The position numbers and the translations under genes were made by a program. From contig MCFE01000060.1 of assembly GCA_002104905.1 (NCBI GenBank), positions 124,001-188,000 of the forward strand: DNA of 64,000 nt, in the 5' to 3' direction. The notes below the pieces were generated by a model. The model did not search any database, had not been told where the DNA came from, and saw only the letters and a program-made list of their open reading frames with translations. This document shows, one piece after another, positions 35,438-48,946 of the stretch. Each line of letters opens with the position of its first letter. Position 1 is the stretch's first letter. The stretch is from Basidiobolus meristosporus CBS 931.73 (Eukaryota; Fungi; Basidiobolomycota).

Positions 35438-38126
35438 CCCTATGAAAAAGAACTTGTTCTTGTGGGTGGATTCAATCAAGATCAACCATCAAGATCCTGT
35501 CAGGAGACTGCTACAGTACAAGCAGCTTGGAACTAACGGCCATCTGTACAGTCTTATGATAGGATTACTATGGTGTTTGGCTAATTCTAGAGCCAAATAA
35601 TGTTAAGAACATAATGGTGTTGGTACAGTAATTTGCCAAGAGTGGCATGACATTGTTGCAGTCTAAGTGCACTCTAGAGCTTTTTGAGTGGATCTAACTA
35701 ACCCATAAATCCAATACCTTATGTGGCAAAAAACTTCATTGTGTTTTGATGGCTTTGTTGCATGCCACTCATTACATTATGGTGGCAGTATGGCAGCCTA
35801 CAACTAGTGGTGTATAATGTTACTGTACCAATTTACTAAATGGTACTTCCTTTTTCTACCACCACTGGCACAACTCAGTTGTTCCACTGTGGAGTCACCC
35901 CTCTTTGTATGCTTACCCACTACTACCATGGGTATTTCACTTATTGTTTGAATCTTGAAATATTATGGCCTCCTGCTTACTAACCTCTACAAACATGCAC
36001 ACCAATTGCAATTGCCATACCACTGTCACCTCAACTTTGCAGCTTTTTGGTGTGACACTTGCAAAGTTGCCATATATCTTGTATTGCTGGTAATATATAC
36101 ATCTTGCAAATATATGGTTGGTTGCCACAACTTCTGCCATGAATAACTCCTGAATATCTGCAACAAACATTTTGGTGTTTAACCAATGTATTTGCTCTCC
36201 CTGCTGGACTCTAGTCCCTTCATAGGTGCACCCTGGCTCTTGTTTGTGTGAGTTCTGTATTGGATGGTGTAGAAATTGACTTGTGACCAAGAGGTATCTG
36301 GCATACCTTGGTAGAGTATTCCTGATAACAGTTATTTGCTTGTTATGCCCTACCCAACTTTGCATAACTTAACTGATTATCCATGCATTAGGGCTGTTTA
36401 GCTTCATAACTCCATAGGCATAGGTGTCTCCTTGTGCAAATCTGTCCTCAGGATTATCCAACTGTTCCTGGCTGTCCTTTATGTACCAACTCATAACATC
36501 TATCACAGACTTGAAGGTAATATCTTGATGGGGTTGCAATATGGTAGTACTTATAACTTGACTTGTCCTTCTATCTGCCCACACATCAGCTCTATAGGAA
36601 ACTCCCAAAAGGTGAAGCAAGGTCCAATATTCTCAACACACCAAGTAAAATGGAGTAGCAAATAGACACAGTAGCAGCAGAGATCTACGCATTCAGCTTT
36701 ATGTTTGTAGTATAGCAGCTCAAATTCTGTGGCAAATACTTTACACAAAGGCTGCAGATGCATCAAGTTGGCATTGGTAATCTGTTTCTTGATAAATATT
36801 CCTACAATGTCCACATATGACTCCCAATGCTTCCAATGTACTCCTGGTAGCTATGGCTTCAGATGGTCACTTGAATAAATACAAATTCAGCTCATCTAGT
36901 CCTTGCACTGGTGTTGTTACATATGCATATGAATGTTGATCAGCGCCATGAGAAGTACACAGGGTAAAGGATACTCTGTAATATCTTGCCAATTACTTCA
37001 TATTTCTCATGTATCTCAAAGGGTGGATTTAGCTTGAAATGCCCCATGTACAATTTGGTCATCTGTACAGTGATATTGCTGAAGAGCAAATGCATTGCTC
37101 CCAGTGGAGAGCTTTTGCTCAAACAGATACCCTCTATTCTAAGTATCTCTGAATTCCAGCTTATTCCATCTTAAGACCAATGGTTTATAGCTTGGCAACT
37201 TTGCTACAATTGCATGCAGACTTTGGTATGTTCTCTCTGCAGAAGAATGATGCTCTTAGTGTTGGTGTCTAGGTAATAACAGTGTGTGTGAGCTATGAAG
37301 TAAGTCCTCTGAATCTTACACATTGAAGAGCAATTCCATCTATTGTGCCAAGAAAAGCCGGCCATCTTGCTGATGGCTGCAGTATCTTCATTGCAGATAA
37401 TAATATGAGCTTTTACATGATAGTCATTTACTGTGATCCTGCTGGAGAGCATAAACTTCATTCAGGAATGGATACAGGCAGCTATCTGGTAGGATGGTGA
37501 TGCAGGCCCAGATATTAGTGGCAGCAAGGGCTAAGAGCTCAAAACATGCATGAAAGAAGTGTCAGGCTGCCTGCAGAGTGCCAGCAGGTACAAGCAGGCC
37601 AAAACAGTGGCAGAAAGCTGTAGGGCTCCTGCCAAAGTCATAGTAAAGATCATTACAGCAGAAGTACTTGTTGAGTGGTGGACTTTGATGGAGTTACTTG
37701 TTGAGTATGGTGTTGGGCTTCATGTTAGTTAGGGTATAGGGACTTGTGTAGATCAATACAATTGGCAATTGAGGTAAAACTAAATTTCAGCAGAGATGAA
37801 TCAATTGGTATGCTTGAAGATTCAGAGGAATGATTGAGTCAGGTAGTAAGCATGTGAAAAAGAGGCAACAGCCAATCAATGCACACAAATGTAGGAGGTG
37901 ACAGAGTGTTGGGGATCAGAAAGTGAGAAAATTGGCAGAGAACTAATCAGAAGCCACATTTGTACTGTTGAGATAAAAAATTTTGACTAAGTTTTGTGAT
38001 ATTGAGGTTGCAATTACTTTTTGATGGTCTTGGTGCAGTGTCCTAATGGGAACAATACCTCTTAGTCATGGGACTCAGAATCTGCGGCAGCCTTTTGATG
38101 CAATCATCACAATAATTTTCATAGGG
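35438..38126 (-). mobile_element. CACTA/CMC DNA transposon D1, internally deleted
   Basis: Termini CCCTATGAAAA...TTTTCATAGGG with decayed transposase fragments. It splits a Copia LTR, with flanks TAT/GAT (possible decayed 3-bp TSD). Confidence 0.8.
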
Positions 38127-38289
38127 GATAAAATCAGAAATCTGAAAGAAAGTGGCAAAGATAGGGCTATAAAGTAGTCCTTGAGTGACTCAGACTAGTA
38201 AAGAGCTGTTAAGTAGATCCTTGCTGATGAGTGATACTCAATTGGCAAATAATACAACAGACTCTGGAACCAAAGATTTGACTAAAAGT

Positions 38290-39170
38290 ATTTAAAGGCT
38301 CTTGAACCAGAAGCTACTTGAATATAGCTCTGATACTGCTGGGCACCAGAGTATTTGGTTGATCAATGTATCTCAGGAAACTGCCTGGAAGTCAGTATGA
38401 ATACAAGTCACAAAGTGTAAGATGCATATTTCAGGCTACAGATATTACTGTGATCAGGTACAACAAAGTGTTTGGCAAGAACCAAATTTTCATCAAAAAT
38501 ATCACAGATGATGACAATTGTTTATTTTTGTGTCAACCAATGGTCAAGACTTATTCAGAGCAAGTCAATAAGGTTCTGTGTACTCCAGATAGATCTGAAA
38601 ACTATTGTTCTTTCTTATCCATGCACCAAGTATTCATTGGATGCAGGAGCAACTACAAGACATTATAAATTTCCTAAGGAGCAATGGGCAGTTTAAAGCA
38701 AAACATATAGGTGATTATTCATGGCAATGAGAAGGGCAGAGAAAAAGAAAGTAAATGTAGCACAGCCAGGTAGAGCTTGGTACTCTACCTTCTGCAGCAA
38801 GCCAGACCACTTGACAAGTGAGTACAAGAATTAACAAGCAGACAAAAAGCAGACACTGGAGCACAAGCACTAAAAAGAGACAGATGGACAGCCCCATATA
38901 GAAATGGAAATAGTACAAAAGCACTCTTGGAGTACTTGCTGGCTCTGCAGGTTTGCTGCTTATCTGTGGCATAAAGTTGTAATTCAAAAACTCCAAGATT
39001 CTCTCTGAAAGAAGGTACAACTGGGAGTCAATTTTAGACCAGAAGCTAATGCAAGTGGATACATATAGCTACATAGGAATGATAAACTCAGGAGCCAGGA
39101 CTGCAAGAATGTGCCTTGAACAGCTTATCACTTGCTCCAAGTTAGTGAAGCACTTACTCAGAGACATAAA
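38290..39170 (+). pseudogene. Highly decayed Copia gag-like remnant
   Basis: Near 38790-38850 it reads xFCSKPDHLTSE..QADKKQ, resembling the family C knuckle region CNYCKKPGHWTRECKKKQADKQQ. Confidence 0.5.
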
Positions 39171-39181
39171 ACTAGCACACG

Positions 39182-40870
39182 TAGATAAAAACTGATCCAA
39201 CTTAAACATTCAAGCAGTAGATCACAGCATTTTTCCCTCCCAAAGCTGGGAGGGTTCTCCTGAATCTCTTTTCTGGTGATATAGGTATCTTGATAGTTCT
39301 CCATTTTCTGTAAGTCTTGCAAGCTGAATTCTGTAGCAGTGAACTAGGTCTTCTAGGATATTTCCTTGTTTTCCCACTAGCTGGTAAGATGCAAATAGAC
39401 ATCCACTGATGATCCTAAATGGTCCTGTCTGTTGTGGCTCAAGCTTCCTCCAAGTGTTGTTGCCTGCTAGTACAAAGTTCCCAACTGTCAAAGATACTGG
39501 TGATAAAGTCTTACCAAATTGCTTGTTCATCTCTTCTGCTATGTTAGATGTTTTGGTCTATGCCTCCTGATGTTTGCTTCAGCTCTTTGTGTCTACTAGG
39601 CTGACTGAGCTCATCCTCTGAGTTGGTGATGAGTTTGGATTGTGTGAAATCTCCTGAAATTGTTGGTTCACATCAATACCCTGGGTAAGATGAGAATTGA
39701 TGGGAAGTGTTTGGCACCCCAACTTTGCAGGCAAATAGTGCTTGGTCAATATGCTAGTCCCATCTGCTGACATTCTCATTTTCATACTCTTAAGGGCTTT
39801 CCCAAATACTCCATTAAACCGCTCAGTGACTCCATTAGTTTTGGGGTAATATACCAAAGTTTTTGGATGTTTGATCTGATGCATTTTCATGTAAGCTTTC
39901 AAGGTTTTGGCCATAAAGTATGCTCCTCTATCAGATACAATTTCCACAAGGCATATACACCTTATCAAGATCTCATGGTGGATGCAACTTCTTGTTCACC
40001 AGCTACTGGTACAGCTCTAGCCATTGGGCATTGGGTGTTTTGGTCAATTGCCAATATGATCCATCATTTTATTTCTTAGTGGTGGGCAGTTTTCCAATTA
40101 AGTCAATTCCCCTTTATTAAAATGGCCCTACAGTCTCCAATGGAAGAAATTGGGCAAGTGCTGCTACTGCCTTCTCAATATCTTGTTTCATATTTCATTC
40201 TGGGCCACCATGCTCTAGCACTTACAAGGCTATAGGTTCCATCACTTCCAAGATGTCCATATCCATTGAGTAGCTTATGTATTAATTCCAGGCAGGTAAC
40301 TAAAGGGCAATAGGCAATAGGCCTTTTATCAACAATTTGATATAGTGTTTCATCCTGTACTACAAATTTGCTGGCTTTATCCTGGAATATCTTCTTAGTC
40401 CCTCCAAGTACTTCTGTAATAAGCTGGTCCAATCTGATTTATGTACCAGGCTGAGTTGTGCAACTTTTTCTCTGTAGCTTGATATATAGCTTGTTCACTC
40501 TTAGCCTCTTCAAGACCTTTTCAATGTGCACTAAGTGGCATTCTTCTGACTTGCTGTATATCAATGTGCCATCTGGGTAGATTACAACAAACTGGTCTAT
40601 GTACCACTGGAAAGAGCTTGCATCAAAGTCATAAATGTTGCAGGGGCATTGGTGAGACCAAAACTTTGGACCAAGTACTTGTAATGTCCATGTATTGTGC
40701 TGAATTTGCCTTGAGGATATCTTCTGGCTTCACCCTAATCTAGTTTATGCTGATAAGATGTTAATTTTGCTCAGTATTGTGGCTCTGTGCAGCTGATCTA
40801 AAAGCTCATCAATGCTTGGTATGTAATGCTTATTCTTCACAGTAACTGAGTTCTTGATTTTGCTACTTTG
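39182..40870 (-). mobile_element. Family B relic B5: LTR end fragment, PPT, integrase, RT fragments
   Basis: LTR tail to 39229. ORFs 39222-39530 and 39579-39968 show IN motifs (SDRGAYF, PKTNGVTERFNG); RT-like DNA at 40440-40870. Confidence 0.8.
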
Positions 40871-40892
40871 TCTGTCAATGAGATCTTCTCTG

Positions 40893-41617
40893 TATTACTC
40901 CTTGTTACTTATTTTATAAAGTGACACCAGATTTATATCTTATGAGTTCCCTAATACAGTAACTATAACCCAACCTTGTAAATTGTAACGATACAAATTT
41001 TTACACCCTGTTACTTATTTTGCTTAGTGTCACCACATTTGTATCTCAAAAGATTCCCTAATCCAGTAAACTCAATCAAACTTTGTAAAATATTAAAGAT
41101 GCAATTATTTACTCCTTGTTACTTATTTTATATGGTGACATCAGATTTGTATCTTTATAAATTCCCCAATACAGCAACTACAACCCAGCTTTGTAACTAT
41201 TAAAGATGCAAAAAATTACTCCTTGTTACTTATTTTATATAGCATCACCACATTTGTATCTTAAGAAATTCCCCAATCCAGTAACTACAACCCAATTCTG
41301 TAAATTGTTAAAGATACAATTATTTACTCCTTGTTACTTATTTTGTATGGCTACACCCATTGGTATCTTTATAAACTCCCTAATACTGTATTTACAATCC
41401 AACTTTGTAAATATTAAAGATACAAAAATTTGCTTCTTGTTACCAATTTTCTAAAGTGCCAGCATATTTGTATCTTTATGAATTCCCCAATCCAGTAGCT
41501 ACAACCTAACTTTGTCAAATATTAAAGATAAAAAAATTCTCTTCTTGTTACTAGATTTGTATAATGCTACCATATTTGTATCTTTATAAGTTCCCTAATA
41601 CAGTAACTGCAACCTAA
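40893..41617. repeat. AT-rich tandem satellite, about 7 units of 106-108 bp
   Basis: Anchor CCTTGTTAC-like motifs start at 40900, 41006, 41114, 41221, 41329, 41435 and 41543. Confidence 0.92.
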
Positions 41618-41619
41618 CC

Positions 41620-44112
41620 ATGGAGGACATGGAATCTGGGGTATACATATTACCTTTCTCCGCAAACTCATCTACCTAGTGGGAGTGTAGCTTAACTAGT
41701 TGTGCTTCCAACTCTTGTGAGAACAGCCGTTTTCTTTTTGGTAAATTTTCTTGGCTATGATTAGAATCAGTCTGTTCCAGGCTTACAGGATTAATTGGCT
41801 AAAGCTACAACTTCCTACCCATACTTCCCTGTCTCCGGCTTAGGTAGACTCTTTTCCCTTCACCTTTTCCTTTATCAATGCAAGATCTTTCACTGCTACT
41901 TTGGCAGAGTCCTTCTTGTTTTGAACTATGTTTTCTGCTTGATAAAGGCTGCGCTGATGCATCTGTTTTAGCTTACCTGTCTCTTACTGGCACTCTGCAG
42001 GCAGCCTGATGCTTTTTTCTGCTTGTTTGGAGCTCTCAGCCCATACTATGACAGGAAAACATCATTCACACTCCAGATATATCCCTGGAATACCCCATCT
42101 AAAGAAGCTCATGCAGCCCAACAAAAAATGCAAAGCTATAAAGTGCCACACTCAGTATCAATCAAGCTCAAATATATCCAATATATTTAATGGCAAACAT
42201 TACAAACAGCTAAGAAGCAAGGGCTACCTTGAAGATATGTATGACCATGCCTTTGCCTTGACACTTGATGGGCTCCCATTAAACAGGCACTCTACCAGCA
42301 AATCCTGCTGGCCTCTGACTCCCATCAACCTGACTCTGTCATTCATCTTACAGTATTAGAGCAGAAATCTGATGGTAGTCTCCCTGGTATCTTGGCCTTA
42401 ATCACTGTTGTACCTAGATAGCTATCTGCATCTATTGCTGGAGGAATTTTGTATGCTTTCTAACAGAATAACAGCAAATGGATGTCACTTCAAAGCACTT
42501 ATTATTAGCTGCATTGGAGTTACCCCAGCCATCAGCAAGATAGCTAGCTTTTCTGGGCACAATAGTTGGTATTACTGTCAAGTGTCTGAGATCCAGGGAA
42601 CTTACTCTATAGATCACACACATTATTATTACCCAAACATCAACACTAAGAACATAATCCTTCCACAGTGAGAACATACAAAAGTCAGCATGCAAATGCA
42701 GCAAAGTAGGGAAGCTATAAGACATTGATCTGAATATAGAATATGTTGGAAACCAGCAATATTTAACATAGAGGTTATCTGTTGGAGCAAAAGCTTTCTA
42801 CTGAGAGCAATGCATATGCTTTACAACAATATGCCTATACTGATGGCCAAGTAGTACATGGGCATCTCAAGCTAAATAAGCCCTTTGAGATACAGGAGAA
42901 ACTTGAATAACTGGCAAGATATTACAGAGTTTCTGCCACCCTAAATACTTCTCATAGGCTCCAATCAACATTCATATATATATGCAACAATGCAAGTGAA
43001 AGGACTGCATGAACTGGATATGTATCTATTCAAGGAGCCTTCTGAAGCCATTTCTACTAAGTGTACATAAGGAGCATTGGGAGTCATATGTGGACATTAT
43101 AGGAATATTTATCTGGAAGCAGATCACCAATGCCAACTTGACACATCTACAGCTCTTGTGCAAAGAGCCTGTGATAGGATTTGAGCAACTACACTACAAG
43201 CATAGGGCTGAATGTGCAACTTTCTGCTACTACTGTATCTATTTGCTACACCAATGTGCTTGGTGTGCTGAGAATATTGGACCTTGCTTCACCTTTTGGG
43301 AGTTCTATGGAGCAGATCAATGGGAAAATAGGAAGACAAGTCAAGTTGCAGGTACTACCACATCCCAATCTCATCAAGAATATTACCTTCAAGTCCATCA
43401 AGAATGTGATGAGTTGGCACTTGTGAGACATCCAGTAGGAGTCAAAAATACAGCAGATGGATGTGCACATGGAGACACCAATGCCTATGGCATTAAGAAG
43501 TTAAGCAGTCACAATGTATGGGTAATCAGTTAGTAATGCATAGTTGGGTTGGGTGCAACAAGCAGCCAATCTTTATTAGGAATGCTCTACTAATGTATGT
43601 TGGATCTCTCTTGGTCACAAGCAAATTTCTATTTCATTCATTACAGAATTCACACAAACAAAAGCTATAGCTCACCTATAAGGGGGACCAGAATCTAGCA
43701 GGCAGAAGGAATATAATAGCTCAATACCAAAAAGTTCTTGACAGATATTCAGGAGGTATTCATGGCAGAAATACCATTAGAGGCCTGTAATGAGGCTATC
43801 AAAATACCATAAAGTCTTTTGCCACATAAGGTAATTGGATGTTCTGGCCAGTTAGATCCATTCAAATAGGTGTAGAGTGCACTAAGACTGTGACAATGCC
43901 ATGGCTCCCTTGGCAAAGCACCATACAAACACTGCTATGTTCTTTAACTTTATTTGGCTGTAATATTAGCCAAACACCATTGTTATGCCATCATAAGATT
44001 GTGTAGATGATTAATAACTCCAAGCTGCTGGTATTATAGTGGTCTCCTGATGGGATCTTGATGGCTGATCCACATTGGATACACCTGTGGGACCAAATCA
44101 ATGTTCATAGGG
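41620..44112 (+). mobile_element. CACTA copy D2 (5'-truncated): ORF2 fragment on minus strand, decayed transposase on plus strand, right TIR
   Basis: ORF 42009-42359 contains LTLDG...SCWPL.PINL (Tnp2/Transposase_21-like). ORFs 43009-43533 contain ENIGPCFTFWEF (DUF4218-like). Ends TTCATAGGG. Confidence 0.85.
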
Positions 44113-44149
44113 TAGCAAGTATATTGCTAGCTGATACTAAAAACTACAC

Positions 44150-47100
44150 TGTGCCAAACCTTTTTAGAACTGTAGTTTTTTTTGTATACCTCCCTGTCTC
44201 AGGCTTAGGTAGACATCTTTCCCTTTACCTTTTCCTTTGTCACTGCCTGGTCTTGCACTGCTACTTTGTCTGAGTGCACTTGTATTGAACTATGTTTTCT
44301 CCTTGATAAATTCTGCTCTAATACATCTATTTTGGTCTGCTTGTTCCTTGCTGGCACTCTCCTGGCAACTTGATATTTCTTTACCACTTGTTTGAGCTCT
44401 CAGCAGTAGTTGTGATGGGCTCCTGAGAAAGCAACTGGTTTTTATCACTGCCAGATCCTTAATTGCTACTTTGCCTGCATGCTTCTTGAGTGGTACTACA
44501 CTTTTTCCTTGATAAATGTAGTGCTGGTGCATCTGTGTCTGCCTGCTTGTCCCTAATTGGCACTCTTCCAGCTACCTGACATCTTGTTGGCTCTTGTTTG
44601 AAGCTTTTGGCCCTGCTTTTAACAGGCTCTTAAGGAAGCCACTGGTTTTTAGCCATGGCACCCATGTTCTTCTGCATTTGATAGTTTCTGCTATTCTTGA
44701 GATACTTTCTTAGCATACCAATACTGGCCAAAAATCTGCTTGCCTACTTGAACCCAGGATAATGCTCATTGAGCAAGTCAAGTGTATTCTGCATGGCCTA
44801 GAGTTCCTGATGGCCCCATGGTATATTGGCCTTAAGGTGATGGTATGCTAGACATCTAACAGTCTCTTGAATATTAGCCCACTCTTAATTATTGCACTCA
44901 AAGGCTTTTTGGATCTTCAATGTCTTTTGATTTTTAAGCTTCGGTATGTGCACTGCACAGTCTCCCTCTCAAGCTGTGATAGGTTTTTCTTTGGGCTTTA
45001 TCTTTGGGCAATGTAGTTGTGCTTCAAAGACTGTATGGTGTACCTCTGCTGTTTCATTGGGAAATGGCTCAATTATTGGCTGGGACATTGACCTACTTGA
45101 GTTTCTTCTTTGCAGCAAAGTTACTGCTTTTTCTACCTGGGATATTCATTGCTCTACACATATTATCTGCTCATCTTGTTTCTGGAGTATTTCCTGAATA
45201 CTCTAGGCCATTGCATCTGTGATATCAGCCACTGCACCTAATTACTTCATTAATGCTTTGGTATTAGCTGACAACATACCTGCTAATATGGGTGATGATG
45301 ATGTTTTGGCAGTCACTTGCTTGTCTTCAGCTGAAGGTACTGAGCTTGCTACACTCTCATCTGTCTGAGCATAATAGTTAGCTTGCGGCTCCACAGAGGT
45401 TCTCAATTGGCTATTTAACTGAGAGCCAGAGGAGTCTGCATTATTGCCTTCAGTAGACACACTGCCAACATGGCCATTTTTGGATGTAGCCCTGCTTGTA
45501 GCACTGATTGTCAAAGCAAGCTGTTGTCCAATCATTCCTCTGCTGCCAACAGTAATGGGGTCTAGTTGAGAACTGGACAATTTGACATTATTTTTAGCGG
45601 CATATATATGGAAGTGAGTCAAGCCAAAGGGGAAATAGTGATACATATACATGGGTATCATCATTAAGTCTTACATTCATGTTGGTGCAAAGTCTTAAAC
45701 TCAAGACTGTCTTTAGTTCTCATGAGTATTGACCAAAAAGTGATATATTAGCATTACATTGTTGAAGGTCAAACTGTTTGCCCCATGGAAAAGACTACCT
45801 TGATTTAACACTATAAGAGAAGCAAATAAAGACCATGTGACCATTGTAGCAAGCCTCTCAGCCATGAAGTATGCAGAAAGCTAGGAAGTATAGCAAGGAT
45901 TATGGCCAGTGTTTTGCCACTTGTCATATTTGACCCTACATTAGTCTCTACTGTACTAACATTATCTTGCCAGCCAGTTGATACTTCTCAATTGGCACCT
46001 GGCTATCTTTGTAAACTTGCGCAAACTTATTCAGATGAGCTTATGACACCTTTAGGCTTACCTCAGCCTTCTGAATATGGTATATAGAGTGATAGCTCTG
46101 ACAAAGAAGGCTCACTGATGGATTGTGAGCCTATCTCTCCCAACAACAGTGCCATGCATGAGCCCAGTCAGATCCCAATGTTCAATGAGACAGGACCCAT
46201 TGAAGCAAATGCCAAGGATACTTTATGGAGCCAAGTGAGCCCAGTAATTCATCTACCAGTGAATAATGTAATGTTGCGGCTAGAGAAGTGCCATTTCCAC
46301 TATTATCAGTGATAGGGGCTTTGAGGATTTACTTCTACTTCTTGCCAAAGTCATTCTGGAATGCAACTTGGCATGTACATGATATAAGTGGACAACCAAC
46401 ATGCAGCTGATAGCATATAACCTGGAGACTGTCCAGATCTCAGCACGTGTTAACAGTAGCATGGCATTCACACCAAAAATGCTATAACTGCAACATGTCC
46501 CAATTGTCAGAAATCCAGCACTATTGAGGGAAAGCAACATTGACACTCTGGATGTATTCCAGTAATACCCATCTAAAGAGGCACTTACAGTCCAACAAAT
46601 ACTGCCAAGCTTAAAGTACTGCACTCAGTATCAATCAAGCTCAAACATATCCAATAGATTCAATGGCAAACATTACAAACAGCTAAGAAGCAGAGGCTAC
46701 TTTGAAGGTATGTATGATCATGCCTCTGCTTTGGCACTTATTGAATTCTCATTAAGCAAGTACTCTACCTGCAAGTCCCGCTAGCCACTAATTCTCATCA
46801 ACCTGAATCTGCCCCCTATCTTATGGTATCAGAGCCAAAATCTGATGGTAGTCTCACTAGTATCTGGGCCCAAATCACCTTTCTACCTGGATAGCAACCT
46901 GCATCTATTGCTGGATGAATTCTGCATGCATTCCAGCAGGATAACAGTAAATGAATGCAACATCAAAGTGCATATTATTATCTGTATTGGAGTTACCCCA
47001 GCCATCAGCAAAATAGCTGGCTTCTCTGAGCCAATAGATGGTATTGTTATCAAATGTGTGAGATCTAAGGGACTTACTCCATAACTCCCACATATTATGA

Positions 47101-48946
47101 TTAACCAAGCACCAACTATAAGAACATTGTATTTCTGCACAGAGAACATGCAGAAGTCCGCATGCCACTGCAGCAATGTTGGCAAGCTATAAGCCGTTGG
47201 TCTTGATATGGAATTAATTGAAAATCAGAGGTATTTAAGATAGAGGGTATCTGTTGAGGCAAAAGCTTTCCACTGGGAGCAATGCATTTGCTTTTGAAAG
47301 TACCACTGTACTGATGACAAAGTTGTACATGGGCACCGCAAGGTAAATGAGCCCTTTGATGTACAGGAGAAACTTGAAGAACTGGCAAGATATTACTGAG
47401 TATCCATTAGCCTAAGTACTTCTCCCAGACTCCAATAAATATTTATATGCAAATGCAATAATATAAGTGCAAAGATGGGATGAACTGGATAAGTATTTAT
47501 TCAAGCAGTCTTCTGAAGACATTTCTACCAAGAGTACATTAAAAGCATTGGGAGTCATATGTGGACACTGTAGGAATATTAATCCAGAAGCAGATTACTG
47601 ATGCCAGCTTGACGCATGTTCATCTCTTGTGCAATGAGTTTATAATGGGATTTGAACAGCTATGCTGCAAGCATAGAGCTGAGTGCATAGATCTCTGCTG
47701 CTACTGTATCCATTCTCTACTCCATTTGCTTCTCCATATTGCTTGGTATGTTGAGAATATTGGAACTTGCTTCACCTTTTGGGATTTCTATGGAGCAGAT
47801 GTGTTGGCACATAGGAAGAGAAGTCAAGTTGCAGGTACTACCATATCCCAGTCTCATCAACAACACTGCCTTCAAGTCCATCATGAATCTGATGAGTTGG
47901 CACATGGAGGACAGCCAGGAGGGTTTGGAAAGTACCAACAACAGATGTGCACATGGGGACACCTTTGCCTTTGGCATTAAAAAACAAAGCAGCCACAATG
48001 CATGGGTGGTCAGTTAGTAATGAAAAGTTGGGTTGGGCACAGCAGGCAACCAATTTTTATTAGGAATGCTCTACTAAGGTATGTTGGATCTCTCTTGGTC
48101 ACAAGCAAACTTCTATTTCATTCAATACAGAATTCACACAAATAAGAGCCATAACTCACCCATAAGGGGGACCAGAATCTAACAGGGAGAAGGAATATAA
48201 TTGCTAGGTACCAAAAAGTTCTTTGCAGATATTCAGGAGGTATTCATGGCAGAAGTGGTGGGAACTAGGCATATGTTTGAAAGATGCATTTGTTACCAGC
48301 AATACAAGGTATATGGCAACTTTGCAAGTGTCACCAAAAAGCTGCAAAGTTGAGGTAAGAGTGGTATGTCAATTGCAGTAGGTGTGCATGTTTGTAGAGG
48401 TTAGTAAGCAGGAGGTCATAGTATTTTTAGATTCAAACAATATGTGGAATACCCAAGGTAGTAGTGGGTAAGCAAATTAAGAAGGGTGATTCTACAGTGG
48501 AATATATGGATTGCGCAAGGGGAGGTAGATATAGGACTTACCATTTGGTAAATTGGTATGGTAGCATTATACAGAGCTAGCTGTAATATATCATACTGCC
48601 TTAATAATACCTTCAGAGGCCTGCAATGAGGCTGTCAAAAAACTATTAAGTTTTTTGCCACATTAGTCAATTGGATGTACTGGCCAGTTCAATGCACTCA
48701 AGTAGGTGTTGTGCATGCCAGGACTGTGACAATGCCATGGCACCCTTAGTATACTACCATACAAACACTGTTATGGCTTTTAACTTTATTTGGCTGTAAG
48801 ATTAGCCAATGACCATTGTGATCCCATTATAAGAATGTATATGATCATTAACTCCAAGCTGCTGGCGTTATAGTTGTCTCCTGATGGTATCTTGATGGTT
48901 GATCCAGATTGTATCCACCTGTGAGACCAAATTATTTTTCATAGGG
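44150..48946 (+). mobile_element. CACTA copy D3: ORF2 on minus strand (about 44150-45670), transposase on plus strand (about 45780-48700), right TIR
   Basis: GPKSPFYLDS.L..LLDEF and G.TPAISKIAGF motifs (46845-47084), and LLH..W.VENIG (47561-47980). Ends TTTTTCATAGGG. Confidence 0.88.

Larger units (their letters stand above)
28024..38259 (-). mobile_element. Old C-like Copia relic (PR/gag fragments 28024-28105 and 34818-35170; 5' LTR 35199-38259), split by Gypsy B4 and CACTA D1
   Basis: Fragments are collinear with C1 25980-26170 and the gag start. The LTR halves 35199-35437 and 38127-38259 join into one C-type LTR. Confidence 0.7.

Noticed and set aside
40893-41617. CRISPR array or coding repeat
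   Set aside because: Whole units are homologous with no unique spacers, no cas genes are present, the context is eukaryotic, and periods of 106-108 bp do not keep a frame.
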